Shown: positions 1 through 9,812, counted from the stretch's first letter. The stretch is 64,000 bases of DNA from Patescibacteria group bacterium (GCA_038063415.1 JBBTVD010000020.1:11629-75628), one strand, 5' to 3'. Program-made: numbers and translations. Notes: generated by a model not told the origin, from the sequence alone.

Positions 1-2
1 AC

Positions 3-395
3 ACAAAGTTTTTTGGTGATCAAGATGGTGGAGAGAGAAATGCTTTCTCAGCTGCCAGAGATCGGTTGGAAGCACTTGCAGCAATGGACCCTGAAGAGCG
101 AGAATCACATCTAGTGGTAGTTGACAGAAAAGTTAAAGCGAAGCCAAAGAAGTATTCTGATAGTCAGTTGCTTGCTGAGTGGAGACGATTACAAGAAGGA
201 TTTGACGGGAGATCACCCTCACGAAGAGAGATGGAAGACCTCTATAGGCAGGGGGAAACTCCGTATAACGTCTTAGCTTATCAAAGGCGTTTTGGTACAA
301 GAGATGATGGGTCAACAAGCTTTTCTATGGCTCAGGCACATCTAGAAGCGCTAATAAACCAAGTGGGTGATGCTGGAGAGCAAGTTTTTCCGTAG
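3..395 (+). CDS. 3' part of a protein with homing-endonuclease-associated (HNH_repeat-like) helical repeats; runs off window start
   Basis: Frame is open from base 3. KKYSDSQLLAEWRRLQEGFDGRSPSRREM...AYQRRFG matches the repeat signature, and a preceding copy ends TKFFGDQDGG...AFSAARDRLEAL. Confidence 0.55.
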   Translation, partial: TKFFGDQDGGERNAFSAARDRLEALAAMDPEERESHLVVVDRKVKAKPKKYSDSQLLAEWRRLQEGFDGRSPSRREMEDLYRQGETPYNVLAYQRRFGTRDDGSTSFSMAQAHLEALINQVGDAGEQVFP

Positions 396-438
396 CAACT
401 GTTGTGTTTTTGATATATTTTGATACAATTAGGTAACT

Positions 439-3306
439 ATGAATGAAAGAATCTTATCTTCGGATCTTTCTCGTGAGCGACCTAACAATATCGTTGTGCT
501 AGATGTTAATCAACTAATAGAAAGAAGCCCCACGTTTTTGGTTTTAGATGGAGAAATCCTGAATAAAATGAGAGGAAAAAAGTTTAATCCAAAGCGTTAT
601 GCTCGTGCTCTGCCTGAAGTTATTCGAATTGGTGATCCAAACAATACGGATGGGGAGGGCTTTCGGTATGAAATGCTTAATGGACATCATCGACTGGTAT
701 CAGCGCTTAGTTATAAAGTCCTGCATCCGGATTATGTAATTGAGGTACATGATAGTACTGATGATGTCCTCTCAGGTTATCCGGTACAAAGTGATATTGA
801 TGGAACTGAGGATCGTCTTACAAGACGTCCTGACCAAGAGCATCTTACCGAAGCACAACATTTTGCTGAATGTACTGATCCTGAAAGGGCACATCAGGAG
901 CTTGCCTCACCGCGAGTGGCGGCACAACTTTTGACTAAGTGGCCACGAATAGTTGGTGATGAGCTTGCTGAAGAATATACAGCATTAGCAGCATATCTTC
1001 GTATCGGTTGTGCTTTTTTAAGCCCACGTAATGCTACGGGTGTCTCTAAATTCCTTCAAGAAAGAGATCCGCAAGAACATGATAATCCTGCTGGAAGAAA
1101 GAGAAGATTCTTTGTCGGAGAGACCGATGAAAGAAGGGAAAAAATTGAAAAAGCATTAATCGGTATGGCTGAATCTATGGATAAAAGAAATGTAGCGTAC
1201 TCAGATGTACTTAAAGATTTATTTGCGTTTACAAGAGAAAGATTAGGGGAAAAAGATGTGCAAGATGTCCGTGATCAAGTTCGTGGATTTCTTGCATTTC
1301 CTGAAGTTAATGAAAAAATTGTCACGACAGCAACTGATGAGCAGGTTGTTTTAGACCGTCGTGTACAGTTAGGAGAGGTGTTGACTGCGGTGGTTCTGGA
1401 GGATATCGAGACAACTCGGGATATTCAAGCGCTGTATACAACACTTATAGATACAGACATCACGTATGCGCAAATGCTAACGATATTACATCCCCCACAA
1501 GTGGTAGATGGTAAAAAGAAAGAAACTATTAGAAAGCGATACGATGCGATGAAAAAAAAGATTGCAGTTGAGGCTCTGACTGTCGCCTATACAGAAGTGA
1601 GAGGAGATACTGTTAATGTTCTTGCTCCAGTAGAAGTTACGTTGCTCGATAAGCTTGCAGAAGCAGATACGCCTAACCGTCTTGTCGGTCCGCTTGCCGA
1701 GGCCGTTACCGTTTTTGCAGAAGCCGCGGTTGTTCCTGTGGGAGATGAGGCTTTGGATGCTGCTCGTGCTGCTTTACAAGGAGCCTCTACAAGAAATAAA
1801 CTAATCAAAAGAACGGAAGAACTTAGAGAACTGCTTGATGGACGAGAAGATGCCACTCCTGCCTCTACTGAGCTGGCAGCAGATCTGCCTGCCACAACAG
1901 TCTTTGAAAGTCAAAGCAAGTTCAATCTTGAAGAAATTACTGCATTTGTAAGAGGACTTTCAAAGCCATTATCAGCTGGTGATCGAGAGAGTCTAGAAGG
2001 GTTGCATGCGCTTATTAAAGAATGTCTTGCCGAGAGAGAGCCGGTTTCCGTAGCTGCTATGGTCGAGCCAACGAGTGAAACTGGAACTATTTTTACTGAA
2101 AGACCTAATCTCGAAGCTGTTGCAAATCTGATTAATACCCATGCCATAGAGCTTTTTGGAGATCAACTCGTCTCAAGAGTTCTCGATCTTGCTCAAAATA
2201 ATCAGGGACAGCGGGGAATTCAGTTAATAAAAAAAAATTATGCTCGAAGACTCAATTCTCTTGGGAGAATATTTAACGCTGCAAAGGATGATCCTCGGAT
2301 AAAGTATCTCAACGGCTGCTTTTATTTACGTGTCATAGATGAACACATTTCTGGTCGAGAGGTAGATTTAAAGAGAATGAAAACGGACATGCTTGTTCAG
2401 CTTGCATCTTTTGCAGGACAAGAAGAAAGTTTAGATGAAAATACGCAAGGGATTATTCAGGTAGCAGCAACTTTGACAGGCAAAGAATATAATAATTTTA
2501 CCTTAAGTGTTTCGGTAAGAGGCAGATCCTATAGTGATGAACTTGGAAAAAAGGCTAATTCTCCAGGAGTAGCAGAGCATGTGGAAAGAATCTATAGTAT
2601 GCCGCAAGAAAAAATGGAAGTTACAAAGCCGGAAGTAAGAGATGTTGGTTACGACAGAGAACGAGATGGGACACCAGGCTGGTTTTCTGGAATAGATATT
2701 TCTGATGAAGCAGACATGATGAAGGTTAATGCGATGATTTCTGAATCTATTCATGGAATGAATTTAGGTTCATTCGAAGAGCTTGTTGCATCAATACCAT
2801 CTGAATTTGTGGCAGTGAGCCTGACCAACTTTGCTGCTAAGTTGGCTGTTTTTGCCAAGACATGTGAATGGGGGAGAGCTGCTCCTCAATTCCAGTTTTT
2901 AGGAAGAATGTTTGCTCGTCGTCTCTTACAAGTGTATGCTCCTGATGAAACAGGGAAGATAGCTGCTATAGCAACTTCGCTTGCTAATTATAGAAAAAAT
3001 ACCTTTAGTGATAAAGATCAACGATATGCTGCCTTATTGGAATTCTTAGCATATATCGATCCTGATGATCCAGATTATGCTCATGCATATAATCATAATT
3101 TGAATAGTCCTTTTGAGGATAATCTTACTAAAGTAAAGCGATTCACCGGAGATGCACCTTGGCTAATCGCTAAAAGGGATATGGAACCGGTGAGAAAAGC
3201 AGAGGCTTTCAAACATACACAGTATCATGAAAATTTGCTATTAGAGCATTTTAAATTTGATGTTTTGGGTCTAGCTTCTAGAGAAGTGCCTGAGTCTATA
3301 GAGTAA
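439..3306 (+). CDS. 955-aa hypothetical protein with N-terminal ParB/Srx-like domain
   Basis: PEVIRI...YEMLNGHHRLVSAL resembles the ParB-N GxxR motif; the remainder is unrecognised. Confidence 0.5.
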   Translation: MNERILSSDLSRERPNNIVVLDVNQLIERSPTFLVLDGEILNKMRGKKFNPKRYARALPEVIRIGDPNNTDGEGFRYEMLNGHHRLVSALSYKVLHPDYVIEVHDSTDDVLSGYPVQSDIDGTEDRLTRRPDQEHLTEAQHFAECTDPERAHQELASPRVAAQLLTKWPRIVGDELAEEYTALAAYLRIGCAFLSPRNATGVSKFLQERDPQEHDNPAGRKRRFFVGETDERREKIEKALIGMAESMDKRNVAYSDVLKDLFAFTRERLGEKDVQDVRDQVRGFLAFPEVNEKIVTTATDEQVVLDRRVQLGEVLTAVVLEDIETTRDIQALYTTLIDTDITYAQMLTILHPPQVVDGKKKETIRKRYDAMKKKIAVEALTVAYTEVRGDTVNVLAPVEVTLLDKLAEADTPNRLVGPLAEAVTVFAEAAVVPVGDEALDAARAALQGASTRNKLIKRTEELRELLDGREDATPASTELAADLPATTVFESQSKFNLEEITAFVRGLSKPLSAGDRESLEGLHALIKECLAEREPVSVAAMVEPTSETGTIFTERPNLEAVANLINTHAIELFGDQLVSRVLDLAQNNQGQRGIQLIKKNYARRLNSLGRIFNAAKDDPRIKYLNGCFYLRVIDEHISGREVDLKRMKTDMLVQLASFAGQEESLDENTQGIIQVAATLTGKEYNNFTLSVSVRGRSYSDELGKKANSPGVAEHVERIYSMPQEKMEVTKPEVRDVGYDRERDGTPGWFSGIDISDEADMMKVNAMISESIHGMNLGSFEELVASIPSEFVAVSLTNFAAKLAVFAKTCEWGRAAPQFQFLGRMFARRLLQVYAPDETGKIAAIATSLANYRKNTFSDKDQRYAALLEFLAYIDPDDPDYAHAYNHNLNSPFEDNLTKVKRFTGDAPWLIAKRDMEPVRKAEAFKHTQYHENLLLEHFKFDVLGLASREVPESIE

Positions 3307-3308
3307 TG

Positions 3309-3451
3309 TTATTCGCCAGTTTTATGTTGAATGCCAAGAAGCCAGAGGACAGCTTCTTTTTTGTATCTTCGATCTCCACGAGAATTAGTGCGAATTGCAG
3401 GAAGCTTTCCTCGCTTTCCCCAGCGTTTGATAGTAAGGGGGGAGACATAGA
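3309..3451 (-). pseudogene. Displaced 3' fragment of the BldC/excisionase-like HTH gene
   Basis: VSPLTIKRWGKRGKLPAIRTNSRGDRRYKKEAVLWLLGIQHK is nearly identical to the C-terminus of 4248..4478 but lacks the N-terminal helix. Confidence 0.8.
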
Positions 3452-3563
3452 GACTTTTTGTGTTGCCATAATTTTTGCTTATAATGTCAAGAATGAAAAC
3501 TAGCCCTGATGTCAGTGTGAGCATTCATTGACAGTGTTATGAGAAAAAGTTTATCATCAGCAT

Positions 3564-4247
3564 ATGGCAAAAGAGGGAGAAATGATTCATGAAGAAGAGC
3601 GTACTTTACAGTCGCTTCCATCGGAAGTGCTTGTGCCAAGTATTACGCTTATTGATACCGTGGCTCGGTTAGTTGCTGCTAGAAGAAAAAGAGAGGACTC
3701 ACTCATCTCTTCAGATACTTCACCCCTACCTTTGCCAGTGCGTTTAGATGACCCTGAAAGTTTAGATAGATTTAATTTTTATTACCATTACCCCGCTTAC
3801 GATAATGATAAGGAAGTTATCGAAGACAATACCGAGGTAGCCGAGAAAAGGAAGCGTGATAATAATCTTGCGAAGCTTACAGCGATGAGAGAAGTAGTCC
3901 CTGGGTTGATAAGAGATCCCCGAGCGTATCTTTTGGGACATGCAGATTCAGTTAAGCCAGATCTGAAACAAAGAACTGCTAATTTGCTCGCAGGTTTTTC
4001 TGATGAAGCACTTGCTGATCGATACAGCGCAGCTGGTGAGTTAGAAGCTGTTGGTGTTTTGGGCAGTGCTGTGTATGATCTTGATGGAAAAACCTTTGCT
4101 CGGTTGGAAGCTAATGTCGCGAGCGCACATGCAGCCCTAACTCTTGAAGAAAAGAGAATTACTCCTGTCCGTACCCGCGATACTTTATTAGGAGGTCTAG
4201 TACGTAGATCTTTGAGGAGATTACCTCGAAGAAGAACAAGGCCTTGA
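3564..4247 (+). CDS. hypothetical protein (227 aa)
   Basis: ATG ORF with TTGACA..TATCAT promoter just upstream. Confidence 0.7.
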   Translation: MAKEGEMIHEEERTLQSLPSEVLVPSITLIDTVARLVAARRKREDSLISSDTSPLPLPVRLDDPESLDRFNFYYHYPAYDNDKEVIEDNTEVAEKRKRDNNLAKLTAMREVVPGLIRDPRAYLLGHADSVKPDLKQRTANLLAGFSDEALADRYSAAGELEAVGVLGSAVYDLDGKTFARLEANVASAHAALTLEEKRITPVRTRDTLLGGLVRRSLRRLPRRRTRP

Positions 4248-4478
4248 TTACATCTCTGTGCTTTTATGTTGAATGCCAAGAAGCCAGAGGACAGCTTCTT
4301 TTTTGTAGCGGCGATCTCCACGAGAATTAATGCGAATTGCAGGAAGCTTTCCTCTTTTGCCCCAGCGTTTTATCGTAAGTGGAGAAACGCGGAGAATCTC
4401 TGCAACTTCCCGAACAGTCAACAGGTCTGGAAGGTCAGCAATACTTACTGAGGGTTTATTATTTTTTAGGGTGGTCAT
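4248..4478 (-). CDS. BldC/excisionase-family helix-turn-helix (HTH_17) protein
   Basis: LLTVREVAEILRVSPLTIKRWGKRGKLPAIRINSRGDRRY. Confidence 0.85.
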   Translation of the reverse strand: MTTLKNNKPSVSIADLPDLLTVREVAEILRVSPLTIKRWGKRGKLPAIRINSRGDRRYKKEAVLWLLGIQHKSTEM

Positions 4479-4551
4479 AGAAGGAATCAATATGATATAT
4501 AACTATATATACAGTAACAAACTAATACATGCTTTGTCAATGGGTTAAATA

Positions 4552-6288
4552 TTATTTCGAACAGGGGACATTGGCAAATCCTTTCGTAGCACTGGTAACG
4601 GTATTATTACATGAAATGATATTGCCTGTGACATTATTTTGCACCCAGAATCCATTTCCTTTGACATTGCTTATCGTATTGTACGTAAAAGTATTTTTGT
4701 TGCCCCAGCCAGGGTAGACACCATGAATCTGATAGCCGTCAAGCAAAGCATTGCTTCCTTTGTTTTCTGTAATCAGCCAATTATTACCTTTGATATCTAC
4801 CCACGAGTCAGCAAAGTTTGTCCCGGCAATTCCAGCATTATCAAAGGTATTTCCTCGGATGATCCCATCTTTGGTTCCTTCTTTGATATCGATACCTTCA
4901 CCTGCGGTGTAACTAACGGTATTTCCAAGGATGTAGTTCCTGTTTGATTCATCTATCTTGCCACCAGTATACGTTGCCCAGTTACTATTGGCGCTCCCGA
5001 CATAAATACCTTCGCCATAGCCGTTATCAAGCGCTCCTGTTCGTTTGTCTTCACCGGTATGATGCACATAGCTGTTTCTAATGACATTATCACTTGAAAA
5101 AGATCGGAAATGGACACCTTCGTCACGAATATTGCGGACTTCAACGCCATCAAGAATATTGTGGTTTGAACCGTCAAGCATAATGCCTTTCTTTGCATTA
5201 AAGACCGTAAAGCCTTTGAGCTGTATATAATTTGCATTGAACAGATGTAATCCATAGTCATTATCTCCATCAATGAGTGCTTTTCTGGTTCCCTGGAGAA
5301 TAATTGGTAGTGCTGAGGTTCCTGATTGGCTGAGTCTAAAAGCTGCTGAAACGTTTTGTTTGCCAATCACAACAGAGGCACTTTTTGTTTTGTAGGTACC
5401 ATCAGCCATAGTAATAACATCTCCTGGTTTTGCATCTGCAAGTGCTGCTGTCAGCTGAGCTGCAGTCGCAACAGTGATAGTTCGTGCACCACCTGATGAA
5501 AGCGGTGGGGTTGTTGGGATAACGACAGTAGTTGTTGGTGAAGGTTGTTGGACTGGGGGTTGTGTGGCTGTAGCAGCAGCAGTCGGCTGTGTAAAGGCGG
5601 TTGGACTTACTGATGGTATGGTCACGGCAGTATTTGCTGTTTCAATAACAATAACAGGAGCATTGGAACTTTCTTTTGATGAGATATAGAGATTATTATT
5701 ATTTTCAGGAGTCGCATCTATGGCAAAGCTTATGACCTTTCCAGCATTTTCGGCAACATAGTTGGTAATATCAATATCTTTCCAGGTATTTTTCTTCGTA
5801 TCGCTAATGCTAGCAATAGTCCTTGGACCGACAGCAGGTTTATTTGTTGCGTTTATAGCTAACTCAGTCCAGTTACTAGCAACAACTTCTTTAATTGTTT
5901 GGGTATCTTTTGAATCATTGGTTATATAGAGGCGAAGCGTTGCTTTGGTAAGTGGCTTATTTGCCAGTTGTGCTAGATTAAATTTGAGATAGGTAATTTT
6001 GTCTTCATCTATCTTATTTTCATTTTTATCGCCGTAGTTTTTATCAGTACTTGATTGGCTCACATGGGTATCTTCAAGGACTGGGATAGTGATGCCTGTG
6101 GTATTTGCTTTACTGCTAAGTTCTGTTGTTTGTCTGGCCAGCCAAACAGCCGTACCGGTAGTAGTTACCAGTAATGTAATCGCAATAACCAGAAAAAAAG
6201 AATATTTGTGTGGAGTTTTCCTCTTCGTTATATGATGCTGCGTTTTCGTTCCTTGAGCAGTTGTGTCTGATTTTATTTCTTTTTCCAT
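4552..6288 (-). CDS. Membrane-anchored protein: CBM96/DNRLRE domain, P/T linker, right-handed parallel beta-helix (lyase-like)
   Basis: N-terminal TM; EDTHV...YLKFNL...ATLRLY; beta-helix repeats (GEGIYVG, EGIDIKEGT). Start moved to MEKEIK because the longer ORF runs into the IS end. Confidence 0.75.
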   Translation of the reverse strand: MEKEIKSDTTAQGTKTQHHITKRKTPHKYSFFLVIAITLLVTTTGTAVWLARQTTELSSKANTTGITIPVLEDTHVSQSSTDKNYGDKNENKIDEDKITYLKFNLAQLANKPLTKATLRLYITNDSKDTQTIKEVVASNWTELAINATNKPAVGPRTIASISDTKKNTWKDIDITNYVAENAGKVISFAIDATPENNNNLYISSKESSNAPVIVIETANTAVTIPSVSPTAFTQPTAAATATQPPVQQPSPTTTVVIPTTPPLSSGGARTITVATAAQLTAALADAKPGDVITMADGTYKTKSASVVIGKQNVSAAFRLSQSGTSALPIILQGTRKALIDGDNDYGLHLFNANYIQLKGFTVFNAKKGIMLDGSNHNILDGVEVRNIRDEGVHFRSFSSDNVIRNSYVHHTGEDKRTGALDNGYGEGIYVGSANSNWATYTGGKIDESNRNYILGNTVSYTAGEGIDIKEGTKDGIIRGNTFDNAGIAGTNFADSWVDIKGNNWLITENKGSNALLDGYQIHGVYPGWGNKNTFTYNTISNVKGNGFWVQNNVTGNIISCNNTVTSATKGFANVPCSK

Positions 6289-6394
6289 ATGCTCTCTTTC
6301 CTTATTAATACTGAAGTTTTTACAAAAAGTTGTCAAGTAGGAATAGGGGCACTTATCCCTTGGCAACGTAACATATATAGGCTATAATAGCCTC

Positions 6395-7239
6395 ATGATA
6401 TTAAAAGAATTTTTAGCTAAATATTCATCAAGCGAGGCATGTTTGCAGAAGATTATGTCTATACGGTTTGGGTTCAAGCCGTATTGTGGTGAATGCAAAC
6501 GAAGGCGATCATTTAAGAAGATGAAAGATCGTCCAGTATATCAATGCGGTGGTGGTCATCAAGTGAGTCCACTTGCGGGAACTGTGTTTGAGAAGACAAC
6601 AACCCCATTACAATACTGGTTCTATGCAATGTGGCTTATGACTGCTACCCGTGGCGGTATTTCTGCTAAACAACTAGAGCGAGAGCTAGGAGTAACATAC
6701 AAAACCGCATGGAGAATGATGAAGCAAATCCGTATTCTGATGGGTAAAAGAGATGGAAGAAAGCTTAACGGTGTGGTTGAGGTGGACGAATCATTTTTTG
6801 GCGGGAGGGGTACAAATAGAAAATATGTCCCTCATTTCAACGAGAAACCAAAAGATATTATTATGGAATGATTGAAAGAGATGGACAAGTTATCATGAAA
6901 AAGATCGAAACAACTGGAAGACGTGCATTATGGGAACAATTAGAGAGACACGTTGACCCGACTGCCACAGTCATGACTGATCAATATATTGGCTATAAGA
7001 ATATTTACCAAATGGGATACGAGCATCATGCAGTAGATCACGGTAAGACCTATGTTGTCGGCAAGACGCACACAAATAATGTTGAAGGACTTTGGGGACG
7101 GATTAAGCCTGGTATTAAAGGTGTTTATCGCAAGGTCAGTTCAAAATATATTGAAAGCTACATGGATGAGTATTGCTTCCGTTATAACAATCGTAAGACA
7201 CCGAATCAAATGTTTGATTTGTTGTTGACTAAAGTCTAA
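6395..7239 (+). pseudogene. IS1595-family transposase, frameshifted at ~6866
   Basis: Zn-ribbon, GISAKQLERELGVTYKTAWRM, VEVDES, TDQY, HTNNVEGLW, YMDEYCFRYN. ATG-GAA-TGA-TTG where ATG-GGA-ATG-ATT (MGMI) is expected indicates a 1-nt deletion. Confidence 0.85.
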
Positions 7240-7301
7240 TGATAGTGTTTGTATTCTTGACTAGTAATTAGCCATGAGATACAGTATAATCATACCCCGA
7301 T

Positions 7302-7571
7302 ATGGCAATTAATCAAATTACTGAAAAAAAAGAAATAATCCCCTCTGAGGGGAAAATATATCTCGAAATAGATAATGGAGACTTGAAAGCTCTTAATCTT
7401 ATAAAAACAATTTTCCGTTTCAAAGATTTTGAAGGTATTCTTCGTTTTGCTTTAGTTATCTTATTGAGAGCAGATAATAATACCATCTATATTGACGAAA
7501 AAGGTAAGAGAGTTAAAATTACGCCTACGGAAGAGGTTACAGAATCAAAAAATGATCCTGAAACTTCTTAA
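7302..7571 (+). CDS. IS passenger, hypothetical protein (89 aa)
   Basis: ATG ORF with its own TTGACT/TATAAT-like promoter, inside the IS boundaries. Confidence 0.65.
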   Translation: MAINQITEKKEIIPSEGKIYLEIDNGDLKALNLIKTIFRFKDFEGILRFALVILLRADNNTIYIDEKGKRVKITPTEEVTESKNDPETS

Positions 7572-7573
7572 TA

Positions 7574-7909
7574 ATGGGACGAACACCAGCAGTAAAAATA
7601 GAAATACCAGAAGAACTTAGAAGTGCAGCAAAAACTGAGGCTGTAGATGCTTTAAGTGAAAAAGTAGATAAATGTTTTTCGGAAGATAGATTTGAGCATT
7701 TTCAGAAAAAAGTTAGGTCAATTGTGCTTGACACAATGGGACATGAAGACGGAATTGCAAAAATCAAAAAATATGGTAAAGAATCAGCAAAGGAATATTC
7801 CGAGGAAAATGGTAAAGAAAAAAGAAACTTCTGGACACCTAATGGTATTTCAATAATCGGGATTTTAGTAGGAATTGTCGCAGTGCTTGTCGCAATCCTT
7901 AAGCCTTAA
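7574..7909 (+). CDS. IS passenger, hypothetical protein with C-terminal TM helix
   Basis: Starts 2 nt after the previous gene; hydrophobic tail ISIIGILVGIVAVLVAIL. Confidence 0.65.
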   Translation: MGRTPAVKIEIPEELRSAAKTEAVDALSEKVDKCFSEDRFEHFQKKVRSIVLDTMGHEDGIAKIKKYGKESAKEYSEENGKEKRNFWTPNGISIIGILVGIVAVLVAILKP

Positions 7910-8071
7910 TTACTTCTTCTTATCAAATGCCTCATGCTTCGTTGACTCTTTTACTAACTTCCCAAATTCTTTTTCGTCAACCTCTGCATTCTCAATCACC
8001 TTGTGTAACTCTTTGTCTTCTGGATGCTCTTGATGTAGTTTCTGTATCTGCTTCAATGTGAGGTTCTTCAT
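7910..8071 (-). CDS. IS passenger, small charged protein (53 aa, below ORF-track cutoff)
   Basis: Manual translation MKNLTLKQIQKLHQEHPEDKELHKVIENAEVDEKEFGKLVKESTKHEAFDKKK*. Confidence 0.5.
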   Translation of the reverse strand: MKNLTLKQIQKLHQEHPEDKELHKVIENAEVDEKEFGKLVKESTKHEAFDKKK

Positions 8072-8080
8072 GCCTTCATT

Positions 8081-8347
8081 TTACCACAAACCAACTAGTT
8101 TCATAAGAATAGCTGCACCAATAATTAATGGTGCGATATCGCAGGTTTTTGTATAGAAAATCTTTAGTCCAGTTACTAAAACTGTACTCCATTTTTCAGC
8201 ACGCAATTGCATATATAACTTGTTTAAGTTACAATAACTTTTAGTAAATATCTTCATATGATCTGGGTCGGTTAGCGCCGACCTTTGTCGTTTTAAGTCT
8301 TCATAAATTTCAAGTAAGTACCCCAAATACCAAAAAAGACACCTCAC
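8081..8347 (-). CDS. IS passenger, hypothetical membrane protein
   Basis: ORF track; hydrophobic C-terminus. Confidence 0.4.
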   Translation of the reverse strand: MRCLFWYLGYLLEIYEDLKRQRSALTDPDHMKIFTKSYCNLNKLYMQLRAEKWSTVLVTGLKIFYTKTCDIAPLIIGAAILMKLVGLW

Positions 8348-8546
8348 TCGTGGACAAAAATGTCCTAAAGATCGGTGTCCGCATCGTGCTAGTTGCCTAA
8401 GATCGGTACATCTGGCTCAATCTGCTCTCACAGATTAGTTACCATCATTGTATGCTTTTGGGGTGGGAAATACAAGGTAGCTTCTCGTGGCTAGGTGATT
8501 ACGTGGTGTGGGGATATATGCCGGAATAGGAGGTGGATAAAAAGAC

Positions 8547-8618
8547 AAAAAAATAGTATCGAGCACTTATGACGTTTCACTGGGAAACATAATCAGTAAA
8601 TACCGGATACTATTTTTT
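8547..8618 (-). terminator. Long hairpin/terminator immediately 3' of rplL
   Basis: AAAAATAGTATC...GATACTATTTTT outer stem with paired interior, followed by a U-tract on the minus strand. Confidence 0.55.
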
Positions 8619-8619
8619 G

Positions 8620-9009
8620 TTACTTGAGTTCTACTGTAGCACCTGCTGCAGTGAGTTTCTCTTTAGCTTCTTCAGCGGTCTTTTTGTTGACCTGTGTCAA
8701 AACCTCTTTTGGTGCCGCATCAACTAAATCTTTCGCTTCTTTCAGACCCAATGTTGGGGCGAGTTCACGAAGAGCTTTAATAACTGCGATTTTTTGTGCA
8801 CCTGCTGATGCAATAACAACGTTGAAGACTGTCTGTTCTTCTTTTGGTTCTTCATCTACTGCTGCACCGACTGCGGGAGCTGCTGCTACCATAGTTGCTG
8901 CTGCTGAAACACCAAATTTTTCTTCGAGAGCTTTCACCAATTCTGAAAGTTCAAGAACGGACATTTCTTCGATTGCTTGCATTAATTCTTCTTTTGTCAA
9001 TTTTGCCAT
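8620..9009 (-). CDS. rplL: 50S ribosomal protein L7/L12
   Basis: [38 protein letters not shown]. Confidence 0.98.
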   Translation of the reverse strand: MAKLTKEELMQAIEEMSVLELSELVKALEEKFGVSAAATMVAAAPAVGAAVDEEPKEEQTVFNVVIASAGAQKIAVIKALRELAPTLGLKEAKDLVDAAPKEVLTQVNKKTAEEAKEKLTAAGATVELK

Positions 9010-9024
9010 AAACTTTCACCCCCT

Positions 9025-9567
9025 TTACGCTTTTTTATCTTTGATTGCGTTTAGTGTCAAAACAAGTTGTTGTAAATTCCAATTAAGTGCGCGGTGTAAA
9101 CCTGAGATAGGTGCTTTCATTTGTCCAAGTAATTGTGCCCGCAGGACTGGCAATGGGGCAATTTGTGAAAGTTTTACTACTTGTTGGTCAGAAATAATGG
9201 TATTTTCCAGAACACCAAATTTAATAACAGGAAGTTTTAATTCCTTGATCGTTTTTGCAAGTAACTTAAGTGGTGCAACAACGTCGTTGTATAAAAAGAT
9301 CGTTCCAGTTGGTTGCTTAAGTTTTGCTTTATCTTCGTCAGATAGGCCTTTTTCTGCAAGTGCGCGGAGTAACAGGGTATTTTTTGTTGCAACATATTCA
9401 GCATCGTTTGCTTTCATTGCCTTTTTGACACCTTCAATTTGTTGATGCGTAAGCCCTGTATAGTTAGTAAAAACAATCGCTTTCGCTTTTGCTACTTTTT
9501 CAAGAAATTTTTCAACAAGAACTTCCTTTTTTTGTCTATTTTGACTGGTAATTGTGTAACTATCCAT
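9025..9567 (-). CDS. rplJ: 50S ribosomal protein L10
   Basis: TNYTGLT, KNTLL motif; adjacent to rplL. Confidence 0.97.
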   Translation of the reverse strand: MDSYTITSQNRQKKEVLVEKFLEKVAKAKAIVFTNYTGLTHQQIEGVKKAMKANDAEYVATKNTLLLRALAEKGLSDEDKAKLKQPTGTIFLYNDVVAPLKLLAKTIKELKLPVIKFGVLENTIISDQQVVKLSQIAPLPVLRAQLLGQMKAPISGLHRALNWNLQQLVLTLNAIKDKKA

Positions 9568-9659
9568 AATTTTTAACGCTCATAACGAATTTTTTCTTGC
9601 TCTCAACGCGATCAGTACTTTATTTTTACTAGCTTCTCTTACTCGCTTTCCTTCTTATT

Positions 9660-9773
9660 CTATCCAAGAAACAAAAAAACGCTCTCAAGGAGCGTTATAA
9701 ACACTTTCAGATGTCTGAAAGTAACATGTCGTGCTCCTCGGTAGGACTTATCAATGCCTACTTTCTTTGGATA
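9660..9773 (-). promoter_or_regulatory. L10 leader (rplJ autoregulatory RNA)
   Basis: Minus strand AAGAAAGUAGG...CCUACCGAGG core inside a UAUCCAA/UUGGAUA stem, followed by GCUC..GAGC hairpin and U-tract; promoter TTGACA (9807-9802)/TATAAT (9784-9779). Confidence 0.8.
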
Positions 9774-9812
9774 CAACTATTATAGCAGTGAATAGGTTAC
9801 CTGTCAAGAAAA

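Larger units (their letters stand above)
6348..8522 (+). mobile_element. IS1595-family element with passenger genes (transporter IS)
   Basis: Terminal IRs GGCACTTATCCC (6348) / GGGATATATGCC (to 8522); 8-bp TSD GGAATAGG at 6340-6347 and 8523-8530. Confidence 0.85.

Noticed and set aside
3309-4390. Diverged repeat pair as a DGR template/variable region
   Set aside because: Differences are mostly synonymous and not adenine-specific; no reverse transcriptase in the window.
5480-5640. Pro/Thr-rich repeats in secreted proteins
   Set aside because: Ordinary flexible linkers, not nucleotide-level tandem repeats.
8624-9445. 273-aa plus-strand ORF
   Set aside because: Antisense shadow of rplL/rplJ. 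The same applies to other nested opposite-strand ORFs such as 27187..27774, 3797..4321 and 53945..54469.
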